From the NCBI GenBank assembly GCA_023701125.1, contig JAMPXO010000003.1:32391-96390 (forward strand): 64,000 nucleotides of DNA. The letters run 5' to 3'. This document shows, in pieces, positions 38,270-47,002 of this stretch (positions are counted from its first letter, which is position 1; each line of letters starts with the position of its first letter). The notes under the pieces are model-generated. The model was not told the origin of the DNA and ran no database searches. It saw nothing but the letters and a program-made list of their open reading frames with translations. The translations under genes were made by a program, and so were the position numbers. This stretch comes from Vicinamibacteria bacterium (GTDB lineage Bacteria > Acidobacteriota > Vicinamibacteria > Fen-336).

Positions 38270-40266
38270 GCGGCCGGCGCCTCGCCGGCACGCTGGCCTG
38301 GGCGCTCGCCGCCGCCGTGCTGGCGGTCGCCGGCCTCGCTGCGGGGTTGCGGCAGGCGCGCCCGCTGGTGCTCGACCTGGGGCCCAACGACGCGGCGCAA
38401 CTTGCCGGCTTCCGCGAGGACTGGGAGCGCGAGGGATCGGTCGCGTTCCGCTGGACGACGCTGCGCTCGGAGGTGCGCTTCCCCTTCGCGCTCGCCGAGC
38501 CCGGGGGCCGCGTCGTACTCCGCTATCGGCGCCACTTCGACGACCCCGCTCGGGTGCGCATCGTCTCCGCGGGCGCCACGGTCGTTCAGTTCGAGGCCAG
38601 GGCCGATCGCAAGAGCCCCTACCTCGAGCTCGAGGCTCCGCTCGGCGCGACGCGCGGGCCGCTCACGCTGGTGTTCGAGTCCCACGTCACCAACGAGCGC
38701 CCGCTGGGCATCGCTCTCGACTGGGTGCGGGTCGAAGGCCGAGGCGGCTACCAGACGACGGGAAGCCTGTCCGTCGCGGTCGCCCTGCTGGCGGCAGGCA
38801 CCGTGTTGCTCGTCGCGGCCGCCGGGGCTCCGGCCCTCCCGGCCGCGGCGGCCGGATTGCTGGTTGCGGCGGCGATCGGACTGGGCGGCTGGTGGGACCC
38901 GATGGCACTGGACCGGATCGTCCAGGGCGGCCTGGCGCCGTGGCTGCTCACGGGTGCGGCTGCGGTCCTGCTGCTCCGGGCGCGGCCGTCCTCGGCCTGG
39001 CTGCGTGTCGAAGTCGCGCACCGGCCCGCGCTGCTCGCGCTGGCCCTCGTGGCGCTGGCTGTGCGGCTCGTGCTGGTGCTCCACCCCCGCTTCTACTACC
39101 CGGACGTGCGCACCCATGCGCTCTTCGCGGGACAACTCGCCCGCCACGGGCTCGAGCGCTTCTTGCAGGGCTTCACCGAGAACCAGTTCCGCTACTCGCT
39201 GGGCATCCAGCTCGAGGGCGATCACTGGTACGCGTTCCCCTACCCGCCGCTGTTCTACGTCTTCGCCCAGCCCCTGATCGGATTGTTCCGCCTCGCGCCC
39301 GAGCTCGCCGTCTCGGCGCTGCCGGCGATGGTCAACGCGCTCGAGGTGCTGCTCGTCTACGCGCTCGCCCGTCGCCTGGCGGCCGTCGCGCCGCTGCGCG
39401 CCGCGGCGCTCGTGGTGGTGCTACCGATCTTCCTGGCCCGGGCGTCGCTGGCGCTCTTCCCCGCCCTGGTCGGCCATGCCCTCGATACGTTGCTGCTGGT
39501 CTGCCTGCTCGACCTGTTCCAGGCCGCGCGCCCTCGCGTCCGCAGCGGGGTCGTGTCGGGCCTGCTGCTGGCGACGGCCTTGCTGGCGTACACACAGGGC
39601 GTCCTGAACTTCGGCCTGCTGCTGCCGCTGGTGCTGGCCTGGGATTTTTTCGCGGACCGCACGCCGACGGGCCGCGATCGGCAACGGGCTCTGCTGACCG
39701 CGGGCGTCCTCGGTGTGACGCTGGCAGCCGGGCTCTTCTACGCGCGCTACGTGCCGGTGTTCGTGGACATGCAGCGGGGCATCCCCCAGCCCGAGGAGCG
39801 CATCTGGCTGGAGTTGCAGGAGCGGCGGGCGCTGCAGGGGGACGACGATCAGCCCGAGGAGCCCAACGACCCCTACGCCGCCCCGACGTTCGAGGCCACC
39901 CGGGGGCTGGCCAAGGCGGGCTCGCGCTTGTGGATTTTCTGGGGCCCGTTCGCGCTCCTGCTACCGGTCGGGGTGGGACTACTGGCCGCGGGCGAAGCCG
40001 CGGCCAGCCGGCGCTTCCTGATCGCGTGGGCCAGCCTCTACATCGTGCTGAACTTCGCATCCGGCAGCCTGCCCGGCCCGAACCTCTTCCGCCACAGCAA
40101 GGACGTCGAGGTCGTCGCGCCGCTCTGCGCGCTCTCTCTCTCTCTCGCCGGCTCCGGGCCCCGCTCGCGCCTGGCGTGGCGCGCGGTATGGATGGCCTTC
40201 GTCGTCTACGCAGCCTGGCGAGTCGTCGAGATCTACGGGCGCATCACACCCGCTCCGTTGCCCTAG
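38266..40266 (+). CDS. large polytopic membrane protein (putative GT-C glycosyltransferase / DUF2723-like)
   Basis: GTG at 38266 (GTGA overlap). An N-terminal extracytoplasmic domain of about 180 aa is followed by at least 12 hydrophobic helices ('FPYPPLFYVF'). Confidence 0.5.
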   Translation: MSGRRLAGTLAWALAAAVLAVAGLAAGLRQARPLVLDLGPNDAAQLAGFREDWEREGSVAFRWTTLRSEVRFPFALAEPGGRVVLRYRRHFDDPARVRIVSAGATVVQFEARADRKSPYLELEAPLGATRGPLTLVFESHVTNERPLGIALDWVRVEGRGGYQTTGSLSVAVALLAAGTVLLVAAAGAPALPAAAAGLLVAAAIGLGGWWDPMALDRIVQGGLAPWLLTGAAAVLLLRARPSSAWLRVEVAHRPALLALALVALAVRLVLVLHPRFYYPDVRTHALFAGQLARHGLERFLQGFTENQFRYSLGIQLEGDHWYAFPYPPLFYVFAQPLIGLFRLAPELAVSALPAMVNALEVLLVYALARRLAAVAPLRAAALVVVLPIFLARASLALFPALVGHALDTLLLVCLLDLFQAARPRVRSGVVSGLLLATALLAYTQGVLNFGLLLPLVLAWDFFADRTPTGRDRQRALLTAGVLGVTLAAGLFYARYVPVFVDMQRGIPQPEERIWLELQERRALQGDDDQPEEPNDPYAAPTFEATRGLAKAGSRLWIFWGPFALLLPVGVGLLAAGEAAASRRFLIAWASLYIVLNFASGSLPGPNLFRHSKDVEVVAPLCALSLSLAGSGPRSRLAWRAVWMAFVVYAAWRVVEIYGRITPAPLP

Positions 40267-41105
40267 TCGGCCGCCTTCTCCAGGTCCTCGAGGATGCGGC
40301 GCAGGGCCGCGATGACCTCGTCGCGGGAGACCTCGGTCTTGCGGAACTTCAGGTCGAGAGCGAAGGTCTTCTCGGCTGGCTGAAACTGGAACACGTAGTT
40401 CCGGGGCCGTCCCGGCTTCTTCGAGACCTCCTTCGCGGCCCGGCGTGCGACCTCGCGAGTGCCGCCGCCCTCCTGGATTTTTTTGATGAGGGACAGCATC
40501 TTACCCGGGTCTCCCTGCCGAACTACTTGAAGCAGGAGGGACTTCGACTGGATGTCCGCCAGGCGACACAGCTCCCGGATATCGGCCGGCATCGAGGTCA
40601 GCGACAGCATCTCGGTGACGGAGGTCCGGCTCTTGCCCAGCCGCTCGGCCATCAGCTCGTGCGTGTAGCCGTAGCTCTCGGCCAGTTGCTTGAGACCGTC
40701 TGCCTCCTCGAAGGCGCTCAGGTCCTTGCGCTGGAGGTTCTCGATCAGCGCGATCTCGGTGACCTCGGCGTCCGAGCACTCCCGGATCACACAGGGCACC
40801 TCGTCGAGTTCGGCCTCGCGAGCCGCGCGAAAGCGCCGCTCACCCGCGATGATCTGGTAGCGCCCGCCTTGGGGCCGAACCAGGATCGGCTCCAGCACGC
40901 CCTTCTCGCGGACCGAAGCGACCAGTTCAGCCAGGTCTCCGATCTCGCGCCGGGGCTGATCCGGGTTCGGGTCGATCTGGTCGAGCGCGATCAGGCGGCC
41001 GATCGGCTCGCCCGGAGTCCGTCCGAGTTGCTCGACGAAGTGCGTGTCGTGGCGCATGCGGAGCGAACCCGGCAGCCCGAAACGGCGCGCGGCGGTGTTA
41101 GACAC
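40263..41105 (-). CDS. parB: chromosome partitioning protein ParB (Spo0J)
   Basis: The GTG start overlaps the parA end by about 8 nt. 'RRFGLPGSL' N-terminus, ParB box 'GERRFRAA' and a helix-turn-helix. The N-terminal 52 codons of ORF 40263..41261 are an artefact. Confidence 0.8.
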   Translation of the reverse strand: MSNTAARRFGLPGSLRMRHDTHFVEQLGRTPGEPIGRLIALDQIDPNPDQPRREIGDLAELVASVREKGVLEPILVRPQGGRYQIIAGERRFRAAREAELDEVPCVIRECSDAEVTEIALIENLQRKDLSAFEEADGLKQLAESYGYTHELMAERLGKSRTSVTEMLSLTSMPADIRELCRLADIQSKSLLLQVVRQGDPGKMLSLIKKIQEGGGTREVARRAAKEVSKKPGRPRNYVFQFQPAEKTFALDLKFRKTEVSRDEVIAALRRILEDLEKAAD

Positions 41106-41859
41106 GTTCGATGACCTCCTCGCAGAGCCGGTAGTACTCGAAGGCGCCGCTGGACTGGGGTGCGAAGGTGAAGATGGACTCCTTGTGCGCCGGGCTCTCC
41201 TCGAGGCGAATGCTCTTGGAGATCGTCGTCTGGAACACACGGTCGCCGAACACGTCGGCAACCGCCTTCTGGACGTCCCGAGCCAGCGTCGTACGCTTGT
41301 CGTAGAGCGTGATCACCGCTCCCAGCAGCTTGAGCTGCGGGTTGGGCCGCGAGCGGATCTTCTCCACCGTCTCGAGCAGGTCGTCGGTGCCTTCGAGCGC
41401 GAAGTAGGACGACTGCACGGGAACCAGCAGATGAGTCGCGGCCACGAGCGCGTTGACCGTGATCAGGCCCAGGGCCGGCGGGGTGTCGATCACAGCGAAG
41501 TCGAACTCGTCCGCCACCGCCGCCATCCGGTCCTTCAGGCGGAAGTGACCGTCGATCTCCCCGACCAGCTTGGCCTCGACCTTGGCAAGCGCGATGCGCG
41601 AAGGCGCGACGAACAGGTTGTCCACCGATGTCGGCCGGATGATGTCCTTGAGTTCGCTGTCCCCGGACAACACGTCGTACATCGATCGCTCCAGGGACCG
41701 GACATCCAGATAAGAGATCGACGAATTGGCCTGGGGATCGAGGTCGATCAGCAGGGTCCGTTTGCCCCTCATCGCCAGGGCTGCCGCGAGGTTGATCGCG
41801 GTCGTGGTTTTGCCGACGCCGCCCTTCTGATTCGCGATCGCAATGATCGTCAAAGACAC
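41098..41859 (-). CDS. parA: chromosome partitioning ATPase ParA (Soj)
   Basis: Deviant Walker A 'IANQKGGVGKTTT'. Start taken as GTG at 41859 ('VSLTIIAIAN') with GAGG just upstream. The ORF-table TTG at 41919 coincides with a -35-like hexamer. Confidence 0.8.
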   Translation of the reverse strand: MSLTIIAIANQKGGVGKTTTAINLAAALAMRGKRTLLIDLDPQANSSISYLDVRSLERSMYDVLSGDSELKDIIRPTSVDNLFVAPSRIALAKVEAKLVGEIDGHFRLKDRMAAVADEFDFAVIDTPPALGLITVNALVAATHLLVPVQSSYFALEGTDDLLETVEKIRSRPNPQLKLLGAVITLYDKRTTLARDVQKAVADVFGDRVFQTTISKSIRLEESPAHKESIFTFAPQSSGAFEYYRLCEEVIERV

Positions 41860-41888
41860 CTCGTCAAGGCTGGAGAACGTGCAGGAGC

Positions 41889-41919
41889 GGATCGTAGGGG
41901 ACTCGATCCGTGGGGTCAA
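41889..41919 (-). promoter_or_regulatory. sigma-70-like promoter for parAB
   Basis: The minus strand reads 'TTGACC', a 17-nt spacer, then 'TACGAT'. Confidence 0.35.
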
Positions 41920-41934
41920 GGGGAGAAGGCACCC

Positions 41935-42426
41935 TTACATCTTGTATTTTCCGAGATCCTCGTCCGAGAGGCCCTCAAGCCACCTCTGGAGCCGCTCGAC
42001 GTCCGCCGAACGAGGTGAGGACTCCTCGGTCGGCACCTCGGGAGCCTCGATCACGTGGTCCTCGACGAAGATCGGCGCCCCGGCTCGGAGGGCCAGGGCG
42101 ATCGCGTCCGACGGGCGGGAGTCGACGAGAACCCGCCCTGCCGGGGTGTCGAGGTGGATCGAGGCGTAAAAGGTGTTCTCACGCAGGTCGCAGACGACCA
42201 CTCGCGCCACTGCACCCCGCAGGTTCTCGATCACGCTCCGCAGGAGGTCGTGGGTCATCGGACGAGGCGTCTGCACGTTTTCGATCTGGAGCGCGATGGC
42301 GTTGGCCTCGAAGACGCCAACCCAAATCGGGAGCATCCGGTCCCCGCCCGGCTCACGGAGGACCACGATCGGCATGCTCGTGATCGGGTCGATCATCAGC
42401 CCCCGGATCGTCATCTCGACCAACAA
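41935..42426 (-). CDS. bifunctional nuclease (BFN/DUF151) family protein
   Basis: 163-aa ORF. Pattern 'GVFEANAIALQIE...RPMTHDLL' as in DUF151. Confidence 0.65.
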   Translation of the reverse strand: MLVEMTIRGLMIDPITSMPIVVLREPGGDRMLPIWVGVFEANAIALQIENVQTPRPMTHDLLRSVIENLRGAVARVVVCDLRENTFYASIHLDTPAGRVLVDSRPSDAIALALRAGAPIFVEDHVIEAPEVPTEESSPRSADVERLQRWLEGLSDEDLGKYKM

Positions 42427-42488
42427 GCAGTCCTCCGCTCGGCAATATAGGCGGGCCGGAAGTGAGCGTCAATGAAGTGTTTGCGGGT

Positions 42489-42510
42489 CATTGTCGGCCG
42501 GCCGACAATG
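42489..42510. repeat. perfect 22-bp palindrome 'CATTGTCGGCCGGCCGACAATG' (candidate operator)
   Basis: Read directly from the sequence. It lies in the BFN/parA upstream region. Confidence 0.6.
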
Positions 42511-42572
42511 ACGGGAATATCGAGGCAGGACAAGGCTTAAGCCAAATACCCATGAGGTGTTACGTGAGAGGA

Positions 42573-42590
42573 ATGTCGGCCGGCCGACAT
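42573..42590. repeat. second palindrome 'ATGTCGGCCGGCCGACAT', sharing the core 'TGTCGGCCGGCCGACA'
   Basis: Read directly from the sequence. It lies 13 nt downstream of the miaB stop and about 80 bp from the first copy. Confidence 0.6.
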
Positions 42591-42603
42591 CGGGCCGAAG
42601 CCC

Positions 42604-43932
42604 TCAGGCGCTTGTTTCGAGCGCAGAGTCCTCAACACGACTGCCACGGAAGGCGTTTGGGCCCGCCGAGTCGATCCGGACCGCGACCTCACGGCCAAGC
42701 AGTTCGGCCTCGCCGTCGACATGGACCAACCGGAAGTGCATGGTCCGCCCCGACACCCGGCCCGGGCCATCGATGGTATCGACCAGGATCGTCTCCTGCT
42801 CGCCGACGCGGCCCCGATTTCGCTCCTCCTGGAATCGCTGCTGCATGCGCTGGAGGGTGTGCAGCCGATGGCGCTTTTCTTCCTCGGGCACGTCGTCCAC
42901 CTGCCGGAACGCGGTCGTGCCCGGCCGAGGTGAGTACATGAACGAGAAGATGGACTCGAAGCCCACTTGTCCGACCAGGCGGAGGGTGTCCTCGAACTCC
43001 TCTTCGGTCTCTCCGGGATAGCCCACGATCACGTCGGTCGAGAGCGCCAGGTCGGGCCGGTGGGCGCGCAGGAGCGCGACTTTCTCGAGGTACTCCGCGG
43101 GCGTGTAGCCCCGTCGCATGTCCGCCAGCACCCGAGGCGCTCCCGACTGCACCGGCAGATGGAGATAGCCGCCCAGCTTGGGCAACTCGCGGAACGCCCG
43201 AGCGAGGTCCTTGTTCACGTGCTCGGGATGTGACGTCGTGAACCGCAGGCGCCGCAGTCCGGACACCTCGTGGACCCGGTGGAGCAACTCCGCGAAATCG
43301 ATCCCGTCGCTGGCATAGGCGTTGACGGTCTGTCCCAGCAGCATGACCTCTGCAAAGCCCTGCTCGACGACGTGCCGCACCTCGCGGAGGATCTCGCCGG
43401 GCGTCCGGTTGACCTCGGGTCCGCGGGTCCGCGGCACGACACAGAAGCTGCACACGTGGTTGCAGCCTTCCATCACCGTCACGAAGGCGCGAACGCGATT
43501 CGAGTGCACGACGTCGACGGCCTCGACGGCGAAGGCGTCCGCCTTGCGGTCGAGTTCGAGCAACGGCTCCGAAGAGTCCCGAGAGCGCTCCAGGAGTTCC
43601 GGCAGCGACGACAGATTGTGGGTGCCGATCACCACGTCGACGCCAGGCGCGCGATCGAGAATCTCCTTGCCCTGGAGCTGGGCGACACAGCCGCCGACCG
43701 ACACGCGGAGTTCCGGGCGCTGCTTCTTGATCCGGCGGAAGCGTCCGAGCGAGTGGTAGAGCTTCTCGGACGCCTTTTCTCGGACCGCGCAGGTGTTCAC
43801 GAAGACCACGTCGGCCTGGTCGACCGAGGTCGCCTCTTCGTAGCCCTCGCGGCGGAGCAGGCCAGCCACCTTTTCGGAGTCGTTGACGTTCATCTGACAG
43901 CCGAACGTCTCGATGAAATAGCGCTGGGTCAT
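42604..43932 (-). CDS. miaB: tRNA-i6A37 methylthiotransferase
   Basis: 'FIETFGCQMNVNDSE' (MTTase N-terminus), radical-SAM 'CNHVCSFCVVP' and a TRAM domain. Confidence 0.9.
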   Translation of the reverse strand: MTQRYFIETFGCQMNVNDSEKVAGLLRREGYEEATSVDQADVVFVNTCAVREKASEKLYHSLGRFRRIKKQRPELRVSVGGCVAQLQGKEILDRAPGVDVVIGTHNLSSLPELLERSRDSSEPLLELDRKADAFAVEAVDVVHSNRVRAFVTVMEGCNHVCSFCVVPRTRGPEVNRTPGEILREVRHVVEQGFAEVMLLGQTVNAYASDGIDFAELLHRVHEVSGLRRLRFTTSHPEHVNKDLARAFRELPKLGGYLHLPVQSGAPRVLADMRRGYTPAEYLEKVALLRAHRPDLALSTDVIVGYPGETEEEFEDTLRLVGQVGFESIFSFMYSPRPGTTAFRQVDDVPEEEKRHRLHTLQRMQQRFQEERNRGRVGEQETILVDTIDGPGRVSGRTMHFRLVHVDGEAELLGREVAVRIDSAGPNAFRGSRVEDSALETSA

Positions 43933-43977
43933 CCGGCCCGCTCCCGAAAAAATGCTGAATTGATCAAAAGGTAGGCG

Positions 43978-45645
43978 TCACTCGCCGGCGGCTTCGACGA
44001 GCTCGCGGGCGTGCTTGCGAGCGGCGTCCGTGACCCGTTCGCCGGCCAGCATCCGGGCCAGCTCGTCGACTCGCTCCCCGGGTTCGAGGCGGTGGACGCG
44101 CGTGAACGTGCGACCGCTTCGGATCTCCTTGGAGACCCGCCAATGGGTGTTCGCCTGGGCTGCGATCGGGGCCAGGTGAGTCACGCAGAGCACCTGATGC
44201 CGCTCCGCCATCGCCCGGAGCCGCCGCCCGACGACTTCGGCAACGCGACCGCCAATGCCGGCGTCGATCTCGTCGAAGACCAGGGTGTGCCCCTGTTCCC
44301 GGATGGCGGCCGACTTGAGAGCGAGAAGCAGGCGCGACAACTCACCGCCCGAGGCGATCCGCGCCAGTGGCCGGAGGTCTTCGCCGAGGTTCGGGGCGAT
44401 GAAGAACTCGCCCCGCTCGAGCCCATGCTCGCCCGCGGCCGACAGGTCTTCCACCGCCGGCGTGAAACGCACCTCGAAGCGGGTGCCCTCGAGCGCCAGC
44501 TCGCGCAGCCCCTTCTGCATCCGCCGCTCGAGATCCCGCGCCGCCGACCGGCGTCGACCCGATAGGGTGCGGCCCGTGTCCAGATAGCGGGCACGGGCCT
44601 CGGTGGCCGCAGTAGACAGCTGTTCGCGACGAGCCTCCGGGGCCTCGAGGGTGGCGAGCTGCCGCCGTGCGTCCTCCGCGAACGTCAGGACCTCGTCGGC
44701 GGTCGCGCCGTACTTTCGGCGAAGGCGGTCGATGGCGGCGAGCCGGGACTCGATCTCGTCGAGCCGGCCCGGGGCGACCTGCAGGTCGTCCGAGAAGTCG
44801 CGAAGCGTGTAGGCCAGGTCCTCGAGCGCCGAGTTGACGGCCGCCCTTGCTTCGAGCGCCGCCGTGAAGCGAGGTTCGAGCGCCGCCAGGTCGTCCACCT
44901 TGCGGTAGACCTGGCGAAGCCGGGAGAGGATCGCGGCGTCTTCATCATAAAGGGAGGCATAAGCCTCAGCGCACAGGGCGGCGAGGCGGTCGGCGTTGGC
45001 GACGACGGCCTTCTCCCGAAGCAGCGCCGTGTCCTCGCCAGGCTGCAAGTGGGCTCGCTCGATCTCCGCGACCTGTTGCTCGAGGGCCTCGCGGTGTCGC
45101 TCGAGCTCGCGGCGATCGCGCTCGAAGCCCGCCAGTTCCGACTCGGCGCGCTGCCAGCGCTGCCAGGCGGCGGCAACCTCGACTGCCAGTTCCTCGAGTT
45201 CGCCGTGCTGATCGACGAGCGGCGTATGGCTGTCCGGGTCGAGCAGGCCCTGGGGCTCGTGCTGTCCATGGACTGCCGCGACCCGGGGAGCCAGTTCGCG
45301 AAGGAGCGCGACCGGGACCAGGACGCCATTGACGGTCGCCCGGCCCTTGGCGCCGGACTGGATCTCGCGGCGCAGGATCACTTCTTCGCCGTCCGCGTCG
45401 ATCGCGTGCTCCTGCAGCCAGCCGCCGATCGCCGGCAGGTCGACGATCGCCTCGACGGCGGCCTTCGTCTCTCCCGTGCGGATCAGATCGGCTCCGGCCC
45501 GGCCACCCAGGACGAGGCCGAGCGCGTCGAGCAGGATCGACTTGCCCGCGCCCGTCTCGCCCGTCAGCACCGTCAGCCCGGGGCCCAGTTCGAGCTCGAC
45601 GCCGGAGGCCAGGGCGATGTTGCTGATACGCAGGAACTTGATCAC
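43978..45645 (-). CDS. recN: DNA repair protein RecN
   Basis: GTG start ('VIKFLRISNIAL'), Walker A 'GETGAGKS', long coiled-coil and C-terminal 'LVFDEIDAGIGG'. Confidence 0.85.
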   Translation of the reverse strand: MIKFLRISNIALASGVELELGPGLTVLTGETGAGKSILLDALGLVLGGRAGADLIRTGETKAAVEAIVDLPAIGGWLQEHAIDADGEEVILRREIQSGAKGRATVNGVLVPVALLRELAPRVAAVHGQHEPQGLLDPDSHTPLVDQHGELEELAVEVAAAWQRWQRAESELAGFERDRRELERHREALEQQVAEIERAHLQPGEDTALLREKAVVANADRLAALCAEAYASLYDEDAAILSRLRQVYRKVDDLAALEPRFTAALEARAAVNSALEDLAYTLRDFSDDLQVAPGRLDEIESRLAAIDRLRRKYGATADEVLTFAEDARRQLATLEAPEARREQLSTAATEARARYLDTGRTLSGRRRSAARDLERRMQKGLRELALEGTRFEVRFTPAVEDLSAAGEHGLERGEFFIAPNLGEDLRPLARIASGGELSRLLLALKSAAIREQGHTLVFDEIDAGIGGRVAEVVGRRLRAMAERHQVLCVTHLAPIAAQANTHWRVSKEIRSGRTFTRVHRLEPGERVDELARMLAGERVTDAARKHARELVEAAGE

Positions 45646-45795
45646 GCCCGCCCCCTGGTTCCGAACTCCCGGCAACTCTCGTAAGTCAATGATTCCAAAC
45701 AGCTTATATAGCCAGCAGAGGCGCGGGATCGCGCCGCGAAATCGTTGACACCCCCTAGGGATTGTGGCATCCTCTGACGGCAGCGCAATTTAGAG

Positions 45796-46530
45796 GTGAT
45801 CACCCTGCTTTTTTCCACGCTGTTGGCCCAGGCGGGCGGGACCGCATTTTCCGGAGGCGTGTTCGGACTGATCCGCGACAGCGGCCCGGTCGCGATCGCC
45901 GTCCTGTTCACGCTCCTCGTGTTCTCCTTCGTCTCGTGGGCGATCATCGTCTACAAGGGCCTCGCGTTGCGTCAAGCGTACCAGCACTCCGAGACGTTCC
46001 TGGAGATCTTCCGGAAGAGCTCCAAGTTCTCCGAGGTGCACTCCGTCTGCGTCCAGCTCAAGGCGAGCCCGCTGGTCGGTGTCTTCCAGGCCGGCTACCA
46101 GGAGGTCAACCAGCAGGTGCGCGCCGGCCAGCAACCGGCCGCAGCCGCTGCCGCGCGCCCGGTCGTGAAGAGCCTGGAGTCCCTCACCCGTGCGCTGGTC
46201 CGCGCCGCCACCGCCGAGTCCACCCGCCTCGAGCGACGGCTGAGTTTCCTCGCGACCACTGCCGCCGTGTGTCCGTTCGTCGGCCTTTTCGGCACCACGT
46301 GGGGCATCATGAACGCCTTCCAGGAGATCGGCTCGCAGGGATCGGCCAACCTGGCCGTCGTCGCGCCGGGCATCTCCGAGGCGCTGATCACGACGGCGAC
46401 CGGCCTGGCCGCGGCGATCCCCGCGGCCGTCTTCTACAACTACTTCGCCAGCCGCGTGCGGGTGCTGACCGCGATGGTCGACGACTTCGCGCTCGAGTTC
46501 CTCAACATCGTCGAGCGGAACTTCACTTAA
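45796..46530 (+). CDS. tolQ: Tol-Pal system protein TolQ (MotA/ExbB family)
   Basis: GTG start, three transmembrane segments, 'GLFGTTWGIMNAF'. Confidence 0.8.
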   Translation: MITLLFSTLLAQAGGTAFSGGVFGLIRDSGPVAIAVLFTLLVFSFVSWAIIVYKGLALRQAYQHSETFLEIFRKSSKFSEVHSVCVQLKASPLVGVFQAGYQEVNQQVRAGQQPAAAAAARPVVKSLESLTRALVRAATAESTRLERRLSFLATTAAVCPFVGLFGTTWGIMNAFQEIGSQGSANLAVVAPGISEALITTATGLAAAIPAAVFYNYFASRVRVLTAMVDDFALEFLNIVERNFT

Positions 46531-46531
46531 G

Positions 46532-47002
46532 GTGGCGATCGGGACGGGCGGCGGAGGCGGCGGACGCGCGAGCGCGCTGTACTCCGGGTTCCGCTCCAAG
46601 CGCGGCCTGCAGCAGATGGGCGAGATCAACATCACACCGCTGGTCGACGTGGTGCTGGTGCTGCTGCTCGTCTTCATGGTGACAGCGCCGATGATGAGCC
46701 GCGGCATCGACGTGTCGCTGCCGGTGGCGGGCCTCAAGGACCCGCAACCCGAGGACCGGCTGACGGTCTCGGTCAATGCCGAGGGCCGCGTCTACCTCGG
46801 CGACCGGCCGATCGCTCTCGAACTGCTCGAGGACGAGTTGCGGGGCCGCCTGCAGGGCGTCGGCCAGCGCATTGCCTACCTGCGGGCCGACGAGCGCATC
46901 GCCTACGGCCGGGTGATCGCGGTCGTCGACCGAATGAAGAGGGCAGGCGTCGAAAACATCGGGTTCGTCTACGAGCTTCCCGAGGAGAAGGCCGCGCGTT
47001 GA
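46532..47002 (+). CDS. tolR: Tol-Pal system protein TolR (ExbD family)
   Basis: 'EINITPLVDVVLVLLLVFM'. An alternative ATG start lies at 46613. Confidence 0.8.
   Translation: MAIGTGGGGGGRASALYSGFRSKRGLQQMGEINITPLVDVVLVLLLVFMVTAPMMSRGIDVSLPVAGLKDPQPEDRLTVSVNAEGRVYLGDRPIALELLEDELRGRLQGVGQRIAYLRADERIAYGRVIAVVDRMKRAGVENIGFVYELPEEKAAR

Noticed and set aside
38220-41114. ORF 38220..41114 (+, 964 aa)
   Set aside because: It is a frame-shifted shadow of the real membrane-protein gene (38266..40266) and runs antisense through parB. The translation is Arg/Gly/Pro-rich with no motifs.
40263-42450. Search for a canonical parS site (TGTTNCACGTGAAACA) in and around parAB
   Set aside because: No match was seen by eye. 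The only CACGT-containing stretch (about 41098-41112, 'tgttagacacgttcg') is not palindromic. parS may lie outside the window or be divergent.
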